A stretch of DNA of 45,721 nt from Bacteroidia bacterium (GCA_044371405.1 JBILTS010000002.1:1-45721), one strand, 5' to 3'. Positions 1 through 9,978 are shown, numbered from the stretch's first letter. Notes: generated from the sequence alone by a model not told the origin. Numbers and translations are program-made.

Positions 1-1
1 C

Positions 2-1639
2 CAGCGCAATACCAAACGCAGGGGAAACTACACCGGAACCCCTACCCCACCCAATTCAATTGCACCTGAAGATTTAAAAGGTTGGGATGGAACTTCGGGT
101 TCAGGAACTCCCAATGACAATCACATTGCGGTGAGCAATGGCGGTATGGTTATCAGTGTGCTCAATACCATAATCAGGGTTTATGACGATCAGGGTAACT
201 GGAAAAAACAGTGGGGACTGATTCAGTTTGCCAACCAACAAAAAAAGATTGATGCTTTTCCAACCATGGACAGGGTATATGACCCAAGGGTGCTTTACGA
301 TCCAATTACAGACCGGTTTATCATTCTATTTATGCATGGAACCGTGGATACTCGCAGCTTTATTGTGGTAGCGTTCAGCCAAACCAATGATCCTACCCAG
401 GGATGGAATGTTTACAAAATTCCCGGAAAACCCACGAATGATCTTATTTGGAGCGATTATCCCATTGTATCGCAAAACAGCCAAGACATGTTTTTCACAG
501 TAAACCTCATCGGCAACGGCGCTTCATGGGAAGAAGGATTTACCGAAGCCATTATCTGGCAATTGAATAAAGCAGATGGTTATAAAGGAGATACCCTGAG
601 AAAAGACTTTTACTCCAACATAAAATATCAGGGAAAATCGCTGAGAAGTATTTGTGCGATTCAAAATGGCCCCATGCCTGAAGGCACAGACAATTATTTC
701 ATCAGTGTAAAACCCATTGACAAGATAAACGACACCGCATTTCTCCTTCATATTGATAATACACAGCAGAGTGGACAAGCCAAACTAAGCATGAAAGTGC
801 TGGTATCGCCCATGAAATATGGATTTCCGCCCAGTGCACTCCAGCCAGACACTTCCTACAAGCTAAGAACCAACGATTGTCGGGTTTTGAGTGCAGTCCG
901 CATCGGTAATCAGATACAGTACCTGCAAAACACCATGAATTTCAAGACCATGCAGGCACATCTTACCCACAACACCATTTATCACATCGGATCAAATCCG
1001 GTCATTCAGGCAGGCATGATTACTGATGACTCGCTGGACTTGGGTTATCCGGCCATTGCCGCCGCCGGTAAAAATGCAGACGACCCGAGTACCGCTATTA
1101 CTTTTGTATATAGCAGTCCGTGGCACTATCCGGGAACAGCTGTAATATACAGAAACCGATTGGGTGAATACAGTAAAACCGTAAAGCTTGTAAAAGGCAA
1201 TAGTCTGATTTATTATTCATTTATCCCCAAAGGAGAACAACGATGGGGGGACTATGAAGGAATACAAGCCAAATACAATGAGCCGGGCGTGTTCTACACG
1301 GTGGGATCCTACGGCAAAAACAGTTCTATGTTTGCCTGGATATCGCGAATTAAGTTAACTGATCCATTGCTAAAGGATCCGGTTGCTGATGTGCGAATTT
1401 TTCCAGTTCCTGCCAATGAACAACTCTTCATAGAAGTGAAAGTAGATAAACCGGCCTTATACAAGGCAAACCTCGTCAATTCACTGGGTCAGAACGTGAA
1501 AAGCAACATCAACATTAAGCTAAGCGAAGGCATTCATAAGCTAAAAGTGGATGCCACACAGCTTGCTGCAGGCACCTATATTTTGCAGTTAACCGCTGAT
1601 GATGTAACCATACGCAGCCAAAAGATTTTGATACAGTGA
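2..1639 (+). CDS. Secreted protein of unknown function with a C-terminal T9SS (Por) sorting domain; 5' end truncated by the window edge
   Basis: The reading frame is open from nt 2, with no stop upstream of the GTG at 131, so the CDS probably starts outside the window. The last ~80 aa (VRIFPVPANEQLFIEV...GTYILQLTADDVTIRSQKILIQ) resemble a type-A T9SS C-terminal domain. I do not recognise the N-terminal part. Confidence 0.75.
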   Translation, partial: QRNTKRRGNYTGTPTPPNSIAPEDLKGWDGTSGSGTPNDNHIAVSNGGMVISVLNTIIRVYDDQGNWKKQWGLIQFANQQKKIDAFPTMDRVYDPRVLYDPITDRFIILFMHGTVDTRSFIVVAFSQTNDPTQGWNVYKIPGKPTNDLIWSDYPIVSQNSQDMFFTVNLIGNGASWEEGFTEAIIWQLNKADGYKGDTLRKDFYSNIKYQGKSLRSICAIQNGPMPEGTDNYFISVKPIDKINDTAFLLHIDNTQQSGQAKLSMKVLVSPMKYGFPPSALQPDTSYKLRTNDCRVLSAVRIGNQIQYLQNTMNFKTMQAHLTHNTIYHIGSNPVIQAGMITDDSLDLGYPAIAAAGKNADDPSTAITFVYSSPWHYPGTAVIYRNRLGEYSKTVKLVKGNSLIYYSFIPKGEQRWGDYEGIQAKYNEPGVFYTVGSYGKNSSMFAWISRIKLTDPLLKDPVADVRIFPVPANEQLFIEVKVDKPALYKANLVNSLGQNVKSNINIKLSEGIHKLKVDATQLAAGTYILQLTADDVTIRSQKILIQ

Positions 1640-2319
1640 GCAGCGAACCCAGACCACCGGGAGAAATACTTCTGCTAAACAAGCCATACGGCTGGACATC
1701 CTTCCAGGTTGTCAAAAAAATAAAATGGGTAACCCGAGCCAAGCGCGTTGGGCATGCAGGCACCCTGGATCCGCTGGCAACTGGATTGTTGTTGGTTTGC
1801 ACCGAAGGCAGCACACGCAAAATTCAGGAACTGCAGGATCAGGAAAAAGAATACACGGGCACCATCACCCTAGGACATACAACACCAAGTTATGACCTGG
1901 AAACCGAAGCCAATGCGTTTTTCCCAACTGAGCATATCACGGAAGCGCAAATCCTTGAAAAGACAACAGATTTCACCGGTGTAATTTCGCAGTTACCGCC
2001 GGTTTTTTCGGCCATAAAAGTAGATGGTAAAAGAGCTTATAAACTGGCCCGGGAAGGCGTTGCAACCGAAATGAAACCTCGGGAAATCACCATCAAAGAA
2101 TTTGAGATTACGCGGATAGCTATACCCGATATCCATTTCAGGGTGGTATGTAGCAAAGGCACCTACATACGATCGCTTGCCAATGATTTTGCACATGCAC
2201 TGGGAAGCGGAGGCCATCTGTCGGCACTTTGCCGCACCCGCATTGGCGAGCACCGGCTTGAAAATGCGGTTACTCCCAAAGAACTGGAGGAATTCCGCAA
2301 ACAACAGACTGAAAAATAA
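1636..2319 (+). CDS. truB: tRNA pseudouridine(55) synthase TruB
   Basis: LLLNKPYGWTSFQVV...GHAGTLDPLATGLLLV catalytic Asp motif. GTG start overlaps the upstream stop (GTGA). Confidence 0.92.
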   Translation: MSSEPRPPGEILLLNKPYGWTSFQVVKKIKWVTRAKRVGHAGTLDPLATGLLLVCTEGSTRKIQELQDQEKEYTGTITLGHTTPSYDLETEANAFFPTEHITEAQILEKTTDFTGVISQLPPVFSAIKVDGKRAYKLAREGVATEMKPREITIKEFEITRIAIPDIHFRVVCSKGTYIRSLANDFAHALGSGGHLSALCRTRIGEHRLENAVTPKELEEFRKQQTEK

Positions 2320-2365
2320 CTTGACCATTTTGAAGTTTGGGACGATATTTGCTTAATCCCTTATA

Positions 2366-3586
2366 ATGTCATTCAACAAACTGCAACTTGGAATATGGGC
2401 AACGGTGCTAATGCTGCTGATGCCATCTATGGCCTCCTGCAACCATGCAAAAGCCGGAGAATCCGCATCGCGCTTTGAGAGCTGGATAAACGAACTGCTA
2501 ACACGCAGTGAAGGTTCTCTGGAAAAAGTGAAAGATGGCTTTACCATACAAGGAAACATCAAGAACAAACCAAATAATCTGGTTGTTTTGCTGGAAGTAA
2601 CTCCCGGTGGTCAGCAACTGATTGACAGCGCCAGAACGGATGCTTCGGGGAATTTCACCATCAGCGGCAATGTTACAGAAAGTATTATCTGTCAGCTGCA
2701 ATGGGATGAAAACAGTCTCGTTTACCTGATTCTGGATAATAAAACACAGGCAAAACTGGAATGTTCCGGAAGCGGACTCGATGTCAGCTATGCTCTTTCA
2801 GGCAAAGGCATTGAAAGCAGCTCAGAATTAAAGCAGTTGGTGGATTTAAATGTTTCCTACATCATCAAACTGCAAAATATTGAAAATAGGGCACGCGGCA
2901 TGGCGAATACGCCAGAAAACTATGCCATTGGACAGCAATTGCAAAACGAATATTATCAGCTGCTGGCCGAACGCAAAAAAAACATTACGGCCCTGGTGAT
3001 GGGTATGAAAAAATCACCGGTGCCCTATTTTGTGCTGGCAACACAGATGCTCGATGAGATTGAATTTCCACTGCTTGAACATGCATACCAGTCGCTGAAA
3101 GCATATTCCCCTACCGGAAAATACATGGCAGAGATGACCTCACGCTACCAAAAAGAGAAAGTTCTGGCTATTGGTGCGATTGCACCAGACATTAAACTCA
3201 AACAACCGGATGGCAGCGAACTGGCGCTGAGCAGTTTACGCGGTAAAGTGGTCCTCATTGATTTCTGGGCTTCCTGGTGCGGACCCTGCAGAAGAGAGAA
3301 TCCATTCAACCGTAAAATGTACAATGACTTTAAAGACAAAGGGTTCGAGATTTTAGGGGTTTCACTCGATAGCGAGGCAGGCCGATGGAAAAGTGCCATT
3401 GCTGCCGATTCACTCACCTGGAGACATGTTAGCGACCTGGGCGGTTGGCAAAGTGCTCCTGCCAAGCAATATCAGGTGAGCAGTATTCCTGCAACTTATT
3501 TGTTGGATAAGGACGGTAAAATTATCGCCAAGGGACTCCGTGGTGAGAACCTGTATGCCAAGCTGCAAGAGGTTTTTGCCCGATAA
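2366..3586 (+). CDS. TlpA-like thiol-disulfide oxidoreductase (thioredoxin fold) lipoprotein
   Basis: Signal peptide with lipobox (PSMASC). C-terminal thioredoxin domain with FWASWCGPC active site and a SIPATYLLD-type motif. Confidence 0.85.
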   Translation: MSFNKLQLGIWATVLMLLMPSMASCNHAKAGESASRFESWINELLTRSEGSLEKVKDGFTIQGNIKNKPNNLVVLLEVTPGGQQLIDSARTDASGNFTISGNVTESIICQLQWDENSLVYLILDNKTQAKLECSGSGLDVSYALSGKGIESSSELKQLVDLNVSYIIKLQNIENRARGMANTPENYAIGQQLQNEYYQLLAERKKNITALVMGMKKSPVPYFVLATQMLDEIEFPLLEHAYQSLKAYSPTGKYMAEMTSRYQKEKVLAIGAIAPDIKLKQPDGSELALSSLRGKVVLIDFWASWCGPCRRENPFNRKMYNDFKDKGFEILGVSLDSEAGRWKSAIAADSLTWRHVSDLGGWQSAPAKQYQVSSIPATYLLDKDGKIIAKGLRGENLYAKLQEVFAR

Positions 3587-3674
3587 TGAAAATAAGCTAT
3601 TAATAATAAGATAATAATAGCGTTAAAGGTCAATAACAAATCCGTCATTCTTTTGAAGCGTGATGGTAAAAAAC

Positions 3675-4352
3675 ATGCCTAAAATTCTGGTAGTCGATGA
3701 CGAGATGGACATTCTTGAAATCATTAGGCACGCCCTAAACAAGGAAGGATTTGAAGTTCATATTGCTGCCAATGGTTTTCAAGCATTGGAACAAACACGA
3801 AAAATCAAACCTGATCTTATCTTAATGGACGTGATGATGCCGGTGATGGACGGAATGGAGGCATGCAGGCAGCTGAAAGAAGACAGCGATACCAAGAATA
3901 TTCCCATTGTTTTTCTAACTGCAAGAAGCGAAGAGTTTGCCGAGCTGGCCGGCTTTGAGGCAGGTGCTGATGACTATATAGCCAAGCCCATCAGACCCCG
4001 TGTGCTTATGTCTCGCCTTAAAGCGATATTGCGTCGAAGAAACGCCATTCAGACAAGTGCCCACGAAGTACTTGAGTTTGGTGATTTGAAGATAGATCGC
4101 GAACGTTTTGTGGTTGAGTTTAAAGGAAAATCACTTCAATTTCCACGCAAAGAATTTGAATTGCTTTCCTTCCTGGCAAGCAGACCAGGCAGGGTTTTTA
4201 GCCGCGATGAGATTTTGGAAAGCGTATGGGGGAATGAAGTACTTGTGGTAGACCGCACCATTGATGTGCACGTAAGAAAAATCAGAGAAAAACTCGAAGA
4301 GCGCTATATCTACACAGTTAAAGGGGTCGGCTACAAATTTGAGGACTCTTAA
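3675..4352 (+). CDS. OmpR/PhoB-family response regulator (receiver plus winged helix)
   Basis: MPKILVVDDE...DLILMDVMMP receiver motifs. C-terminal trans_reg_C-like VDVHVRKIREKL...YIYTVKGVGYKF. Alternative in-frame starts at 3660 (GTG) and 3663 (ATG). Confidence 0.88.
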   Translation: MPKILVVDDEMDILEIIRHALNKEGFEVHIAANGFQALEQTRKIKPDLILMDVMMPVMDGMEACRQLKEDSDTKNIPIVFLTARSEEFAELAGFEAGADDYIAKPIRPRVLMSRLKAILRRRNAIQTSAHEVLEFGDLKIDRERFVVEFKGKSLQFPRKEFELLSFLASRPGRVFSRDEILESVWGNEVLVVDRTIDVHVRKIREKLEERYIYTVKGVGYKFEDS

Positions 4353-5548
4353 TTTTTAAGGGCCTGCAACAAACCTGCCGCTTTCTGCAAACACTCCCTG
4401 TATTCTTCCTCGGGGATGCTATCGTAGGTTATGGCTCCGCCCACATGGTAATACATTTTCTCTGAGTGGGTATCCAATTGAAGGGCCCTGATCACCACAT
4501 TCAAATCAAAATCACCATTTTCCCAATAACCAAGACAACCTGAGTACCACCCGCGACTGAAACTCTCAAATCGCTCAATATCTTTCATAACCTGAATCTT
4601 CGGTGCTCCGGTCATACTTCCCATGGGGAAAGATGCCTGTAAAAGTGCTTCAAAACCAATATCCGACGTTATTTCACCAATCACCGTGCTGATCATCTGA
4701 TGCACATGGCTGAAAGAATAAACCTTGCAAAGCTCTGGAACAACAACTGATCCCGGCACGCATACCCGGCTAAGATCGTTTCGGAGCAAATCCACAATCA
4801 TAATATTCTCAGCACGATCTTTTTCGCTGTTACCTAAAGTTTCCATGATCTGATTATCAGCATAAACATCAGCATGTCTTTTTCTGGTTCCTTTGATGGG
4901 CTGGGCAATGAGCTTTTGGCTCCGTTTGGCCATAAAACGTTCCGGACTTGAGCACAGTAAAAATTTATGGTGGTATTTGAAAAATGTGGCAAATGGTGCC
5001 GGTGCTGTTTTATTTAAATCTGCAAATAGGGCATAGGGATTGAGGCATGTATTGCTCTCGAATTGAAGGCAATAATTCATTTCATAAAAATCGCCGTTTT
5101 TTATGCATTCCTTGATCTGTTCAACATGCTGCAGATATTGATGCTTGGGGGTACTGCAAACAAACTCCACCGATGTCTTTTTTTGAGATAACCTGGCAGC
5201 TTCAGGTAAAGAAAAATTAGACTCACAATCAACTTTATTCCGCAACGATTTATAATAATAGGTCGGCTCAAAAAAATAAAAATCGGGTACCTGAACAGCT
5301 TGTGGATGCTTTGACTCGAGGGCTTCAAGCCTGTTTTTTAAATCATAACTGCAAAAACCCATTTTCAGGGAATCTGATGTAGAAATTCCTTCTGGTGCAT
5401 GAAATGATGTCTTTTCACCAAAACCGGCCAGGAATTCATAACGGCCATACGGGTCATCAAAACCGTTTGATACGCAGATGCAGGCCACATCATGATTTTG
5501 GGCCTCGGTGAGCAACTGCAGCAAAGTATAATGATTATCCATTTGCAT
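4349..5548 (-). CDS. pabB: Chorismate-binding enzyme, aminodeoxychorismate synthase component I-like (PabB)
   Basis: Chorismate-utilising C-terminal motifs (PIKGTRKR, SFPMGSMTGAPK, RGWYSGCLGY, GGAITYDS). Alternative start at 5542. Confidence 0.8.
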   Translation of the reverse strand: MQMDNHYTLLQLLTEAQNHDVACICVSNGFDDPYGRYEFLAGFGEKTSFHAPEGISTSDSLKMGFCSYDLKNRLEALESKHPQAVQVPDFYFFEPTYYYKSLRNKVDCESNFSLPEAARLSQKKTSVEFVCSTPKHQYLQHVEQIKECIKNGDFYEMNYCLQFESNTCLNPYALFADLNKTAPAPFATFFKYHHKFLLCSSPERFMAKRSQKLIAQPIKGTRKRHADVYADNQIMETLGNSEKDRAENIMIVDLLRNDLSRVCVPGSVVVPELCKVYSFSHVHQMISTVIGEITSDIGFEALLQASFPMGSMTGAPKIQVMKDIERFESFSRGWYSGCLGYWENGDFDLNVVIRALQLDTHSEKMYYHVGGAITYDSIPEEEYRECLQKAAGLLQALKN

Positions 5549-7349
5549 GTTCTTCCGGGTGGAAATGAGAATAAATCACAACTGCCTTTTTTTCGCCTAC
5601 AACGGCTACAAGTTCATCTAAACCCAATGTTCTTACCTTGCTCACTGATTTGAAGTTTTTGAGCAGCATTGCAGCCGTTTCAGGGCCTATTCCGGCAATG
5701 TCAGTTAACGCAGATTTTACCAGCCCTTTGCTTCTGCGGTTTCGGTGATGCGTTATTCCAAAACGATGAGCTTCATCGCGCATTTGTTGAATCACTTTGA
5801 GTGTTTCTGATTTTTTATCCAGGTAAAGTGGAAGGGAATCTTCGGGATAATACAACTCCTCCAGCCGCTTGGCAATGCCGATAACCGCAACTTTACCATA
5901 AATTTTCAGTTGTTTAAGCACCTCCACTGCAGCACTAAGCTGTCCTTTACCACCATCAATGATAATCAGCTGCGGCAGGGATTTCCCTTCTTCAACAAGT
6001 CGACTGTAGCGTCTCTGAATCACTTCCTGCATCGTCGCAAAATCATTGGGGCCTTCCACTGTTTTTACATTGAAATGCCGGTACTCCGATTTTGCGGGTT
6101 TTCCTTCCTTAAATACAACACAGGCAGAAACAGGATACGTGCCTTGAAAATTACTGTTATCAAAGCATTCCATGTGTCTGGGCTGCTCCTGCAGTCGCAA
6201 ATCTTGCCGCATCTGCTCCATGAGCCGGTCTATGCGAACTTCCGGATTCAGTTTTTCATATTGATTGAGTTTTTCCTGACGGAACAACATGGCATTTTTC
6301 AAACTCAAATCAAGCAGTTTTTTTCGATCGCCGCTTTTGGGTACAGACCAGTTTAAAGCTAAAATCTCCTCAGCGACCGGCGGAAGCTGAAAAATCCATT
6401 CATCCGGGATTTCATCGGCATACAATACCTGCATCTCTCCCACTGCTTGCTGCATAATATCCGTATCGGTTTCGTCCAGTTTCTTCTTCACCTCCCAGTT
6501 GTGCGTGCGCACAATAATTCCATCGGCCACGTAGAGCACATTCACAAAGGCAAATTTATCGGTGCTGCTCACTGAAAAAACAGCCACGTTATTCTTCAGG
6601 GAAGTAACAATGGTACTTTTGTGTCGGTAATTTTCCAGGGCATCCAGTTTTTCCTTGTACAGCTGGGCCTCTTCAAAATGCAATGCAGCAGCGGATGTTT
6701 GCATTTGGGTGCGCAGGTGATTTTTTATTTCGCTGAGATTACCTCTCAACAAATACTTTATTTGCTCTATACTTTTATTGTAATCTCCCTCCGTTTGCTT
6801 TCCCTCACAGGGCCCCATACAGTTGCCTATCTGGTACTCCAGACAAATGGAAAACTTCCCCTGTGCAATTTTTTCGGGTGTCATCTGCAGGTTGCAGTTG
6901 CGTGTTGGATATAACTTTTTGGCCAGATCTAGCACTGTGTGCATGATTTTGGGCGAAGCATAGGGACCGAAATACAATGATCCATCCCGCACCGGATTGC
7001 GCATCGCGTATACTTTTGGAAAACGTTCGTTGGTGATTCTAATATAGGGGTAGCTTTTATCGTCTTTCAGATTGATGTTGTAACGCGGCTGAAATTCCTT
7101 AATCAGACTGTTCTCCAGCAACAAGGCATCCCACTCAGTTTCTACCACCGTAAAATCAATATGGGTAATTTTTCTAACCAGCACCTCTGTCTTTCGGTTA
7201 TCGTGCTGTTTTGTAAAATAACTATTTACCCTTTTTTTTAGATTTCGTGCCTTTCCTACGTAAATGATTACCCCATTTTCATCGAAATACTTATAAACCC
7301 CGGGCTTGTCGGGCAGAGTTCTCAACCGCTGTTTTAAAACATCCTGCAT
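5535..7349 (-). CDS. uvrC: Excinuclease ABC subunit C
   Basis: N-terminal GIY-YIG (PGVYKYFDENGVIIYVGKA), UVR domain, C-terminal endonuclease and HhH (GIGPETAAMLL). 604 aa. Confidence 0.95.
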   Translation of the reverse strand: MQDVLKQRLRTLPDKPGVYKYFDENGVIIYVGKARNLKKRVNSYFTKQHDNRKTEVLVRKITHIDFTVVETEWDALLLENSLIKEFQPRYNINLKDDKSYPYIRITNERFPKVYAMRNPVRDGSLYFGPYASPKIMHTVLDLAKKLYPTRNCNLQMTPEKIAQGKFSICLEYQIGNCMGPCEGKQTEGDYNKSIEQIKYLLRGNLSEIKNHLRTQMQTSAAALHFEEAQLYKEKLDALENYRHKSTIVTSLKNNVAVFSVSSTDKFAFVNVLYVADGIIVRTHNWEVKKKLDETDTDIMQQAVGEMQVLYADEIPDEWIFQLPPVAEEILALNWSVPKSGDRKKLLDLSLKNAMLFRQEKLNQYEKLNPEVRIDRLMEQMRQDLRLQEQPRHMECFDNSNFQGTYPVSACVVFKEGKPAKSEYRHFNVKTVEGPNDFATMQEVIQRRYSRLVEEGKSLPQLIIIDGGKGQLSAAVEVLKQLKIYGKVAVIGIAKRLEELYYPEDSLPLYLDKKSETLKVIQQMRDEAHRFGITHHRNRRSKGLVKSALTDIAGIGPETAAMLLKNFKSVSKVRTLGLDELVAVVGEKKAVVIYSHFHPEEHANG

Positions 7350-7357
7350 CTGCCCTG

Positions 7358-8188
7358 TTACAGCAATTCTATGCGACGCGAAGAAACCATTTTACCATAA
7401 AAAACAGCCGCCTGCTTATCAAAAGTTCCTGCTTCATCGGTGGTGGTGAAATTTCGGGCAGCGCCGGTGCTGAGGCGGTTACGCATTTCCGGATGCCGCT
7501 CTAAATAGTGCACAAGACTCTCTGCAACAATGCTTCCCTGCTCGAAAACGCGCATACCTTCCGGTATGTATTGTTTGATTTTATCCAATAGCAGCGGGTA
7601 ATGCGTACAGGCGAGGAATACTGCATCCATTTTGGGGCAATAACCCAATAAATTATCAATATGCTGCTTCACAAAATAGTCGGCACCGGGTTTATCATGC
7701 TCATTATTCTCCACCAGCGGCACCCACATGGGGCAGGCCTCTTGATAAACAGTCACATCTGGAAAGAACTTTTGCAATTCAAGGATATAGGAATGGGATG
7801 ACACAGTCCCCTGAGTTCCCAAAATACCAATATTCCCGGTTTTTGTGAGATTGCCAGCAATTTCAGCAGTGGGTCTGATTACGCCCAACACACGCTTTGC
7901 GGGATCAATTTTGGGCAATTCTTTTTGCTGAATATTTCGAAGTGCCTTGGCAGAGGCGGTATTACACGCCAGTATCACCAAGGGGCAACCCTGATCAAAC
8001 AACCATTTCACTGCCTGAAGGGTATATTCATAAACAGTATCAAATGATCGGGTACCGTAAGGGGCACGGGCATTGTCACCCAGGTACAAATAATCATACT
8101 GGGGCAATGCTTTTTCCAGCTCCTTCAATACGGTTAAACCACCGTATCCGGAATCAAAGACACCAATGGGGGCTGATTTGTGCTCCAC
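7358..8188 (-). CDS. murI: Glutamate racemase
   Basis: IGVFDSGYGGLTV, ILACNTASA and FLACTHYPLL motifs with the two catalytic Cys. GTG start. Confidence 0.93.
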   Translation of the reverse strand: MEHKSAPIGVFDSGYGGLTVLKELEKALPQYDYLYLGDNARAPYGTRSFDTVYEYTLQAVKWLFDQGCPLVILACNTASAKALRNIQQKELPKIDPAKRVLGVIRPTAEIAGNLTKTGNIGILGTQGTVSSHSYILELQKFFPDVTVYQEACPMWVPLVENNEHDKPGADYFVKQHIDNLLGYCPKMDAVFLACTHYPLLLDKIKQYIPEGMRVFEQGSIVAESLVHYLERHPEMRNRLSTGAARNFTTTDEAGTFDKQAAVFYGKMVSSRRIELL

Positions 8189-8218
8189 GTATGCAAAACA
8201 AGGTGTGGAAGGGCAAAT

Positions 8219-8251
8219 AAAAAAGTCCTGATGTTGTTATCAGGACTTTTT
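8219..8251. terminator. Bidirectional rho-independent terminator downstream of the skp/ompH pair
   Basis: AAAAAA-GTCCTGAT-gttgtt-ATCAGGAC-TTTTT. Perfect 8-bp stem flanked by an A-run and a T-run, 20 nt after the ompH stop at 8271. Confidence 0.8.
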
Positions 8252-8270
8252 ATATCAGGGAAACAAATTT

Positions 8271-8813
8271 TTATTTACCACCGGCAGGTTTTGAAGCAGC
8301 TGGCTGTTTGGCAAGCATGTTCTTGATTACTGCGTTGGTAATATCATCTGCATCGTTCAAATTATAGAGCACCATTCCATTGGTATTATTAAGCACAAGG
8401 TTATACCCTTTGGATTTGCCCACCTCTCCTGCTGCCTTTTTAATCATGTCATATACTGGCTGCATTTTTTCTTTTTCTTTATCCATGAGTTGTTTTTGGG
8501 CATCCTGTTCGGTACGTTGGTATTCTTCCACCAGGGTCTGATAGCGCTTGGCAAGCAATTCCTTTCTTACCTGAGAGGCAGAGGGATCATTGTTGATTGC
8601 TTCATACGCAGCTTTTGCCTTGTCTATTTCGCCTGCCAGATCGGTTAAATCCTGTTGCAATTTTCCGGCATATTTATAGAGTTGTTCACGCACACTATCT
8701 GTTTCAGGGAGCGTGTCCATCACGGTCTGCATGTTAAGGTAAGCGATTTTCTGGGCATTTGCAGCACCCATAAACAGGGTAGCAACAGCCAGTAAAGAGA
8801 GAATTTTTTTCAT
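8271..8813 (-). CDS. OmpH/Skp-family periplasmic chaperone
   Basis: Signal peptide (MKKILSLLAVATLFMGAANAQ), IAYLNMQTVM start of the mature protein, long coiled-coil K/E/Q-rich body, ~180 aa. Confidence 0.85.
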   Translation of the reverse strand: MKKILSLLAVATLFMGAANAQKIAYLNMQTVMDTLPETDSVREQLYKYAGKLQQDLTDLAGEIDKAKAAYEAINNDPSASQVRKELLAKRYQTLVEEYQRTEQDAQKQLMDKEKEKMQPVYDMIKKAAGEVGKSKGYNLVLNNTNGMVLYNLNDADDITNAVIKNMLAKQPAASKPAGGK

Positions 8814-8825
8814 ATAGTATTGTTG

Positions 8826-9371
8826 TTATTTTCCGTTGTTACCGGGTGTGGTGCCGGGCGCGTCCGTTGGGATTCCCAGTTCTTCCATCACCTCAAAAGT
8901 TTTATCGTATTTGGCATTGGCATACATCATCAATGCCCCGCCTGCCTTGTCAAAAATAAAATCCAGGCCTTCTTTTTTTGCCACTTTCTGAACAGCTTCG
9001 TAAACTTTATCCTGTACCGGTTTAATCAGCTCTTCGCGCTTTTTAAATAGTTCGCCGGTCTGTCCAAATTTATCTTCCCTGAACTGAAATAATTCTTTTT
9101 CTTTACCCACGATGGCTTCTTCCCGCTTTCTTTTTTGATCTGAAGTCAACAAAACCTCTTCTGCCTTATAGTCTTTGTACATCTGATCCAGTTTTTGCTG
9201 CATATCGGTAGCATCCTGCTGCCATTTCGCGGCAAAATCATCGAGCTGCTTTTGTGCTGATTTATATTCTGGCATTTTACCCAAAATCAGATCACTGTCA
9301 ATAAAGCCGGTTTTCTGAGCAGCCAAAGGTGCCATTAGTGAAAGCGAAAGTGCAAAAAACAATATTCTCAT
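8826..9371 (-). CDS. OmpH/Skp-family periplasmic chaperone (second paralog)
   Basis: Signal peptide, FIDSDLILGKMPEYK motif, coiled-coil body. In tandem with 8271..8813. Confidence 0.85.
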   Translation of the reverse strand: MRILFFALSLSLMAPLAAQKTGFIDSDLILGKMPEYKSAQKQLDDFAAKWQQDATDMQQKLDQMYKDYKAEEVLLTSDQKRKREEAIVGKEKELFQFREDKFGQTGELFKKREELIKPVQDKVYEAVQKVAKKEGLDFIFDKAGGALMMYANAKYDKTFEVMEELGIPTDAPGTTPGNNGK

Positions 9372-9396
9372 AAACTGTTTATTCCAAACCTTGTGC

Positions 9397-9404
9397 CAAA
9401 GGTA
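9397..9404 (-). promoter_or_regulatory. Bacteroidota -7 promoter box (TACCTTTG) upstream of skp paralog 2
   Basis: Exact TAnnTTTG on the minus strand, 25 nt upstream of the ATG at 9371. Confidence 0.4.
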
Positions 9405-9441
9405 AATGAGTTGCGAAAATAGTAGAATTGGTGCCTCCTTG

Positions 9442-9978
9442 CTACTGTTTCAAGAATAATTCTTCTGTTTCGAGCCAACCACTGCTCTGCAGTTTTCTGT
9501 CCATCAGCATCACCTGCAACTTGACCGAATCGGGCTTTAGTCCGTATGGTTGTGCTGGAATATTGACGGTCAGATCACCTTCAATCCATTTTGCCCGTCC
9601 GGTGGGGGTAATGCGCGGAATGCGCTCGTGAAAATTGAGGGTATCAGGCGGATTGGCAAGCATGTTAATGGGTTTAATCCATTGGCCATTCACCTTCTGC
9701 CACATCCAGATTTTTAGGTTATAAAATGCATAACTGCCTGCGTTAAAGGGCGGAGCGGTATCCCCCGGATCTAATCCAATATCTCCGTCACCGTCGCGGT
9801 AATGCAGCTCCAACTGTATAAAACTATCCCTGTCAAAACCATTATTGTAAACATATGCTCCCTTAATTTGCAGAAAAGGCACTTCAGAGAACTTATTTTT
9901 GTCGGGCCTACAGGCAAAAAGCACAGCGGTTAGGATGACTGATATTTTAAACAGGGTTTGGAACACAGACGATGTCAA
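9442..9978 (-). CDS. Hypothetical lipoprotein
   Basis: N-terminal FQTLFKISVILTAVLFAC lipoprotein signal. DGDGDIGLDPGD acidic loop. No family recognised. The track start at 9978 is a TTG lying inside a promoter-like box, so the GTG at 9966 is a plausible alternative start. Confidence 0.6.
   Translation of the reverse strand: MTSSVFQTLFKISVILTAVLFACRPDKNKFSEVPFLQIKGAYVYNNGFDRDSFIQLELHYRDGDGDIGLDPGDTAPPFNAGSYAFYNLKIWMWQKVNGQWIKPINMLANPPDTLNFHERIPRITPTGRAKWIEGDLTVNIPAQPYGLKPDSVKLQVMLMDRKLQSSGWLETEELFLKQ
9894..9901 (+). promoter_or_regulatory. Bacteroidota -7 promoter box (TATTTTTG) for the LuxE-like gene
   Basis: Exact TAnnTTTG, 33 nt upstream of the ATG at 9935. Lies inside the oppositely oriented lipoprotein CDS. 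Confidence 0.45.

Noticed and set aside
3587-3659. AT-rich spacer with aataataag / ataataatag repetition
   Set aside because: This is a short low-complexity promoter-region sequence. It is not a structured repeat, has no inverted symmetry and has no second copy in the window.
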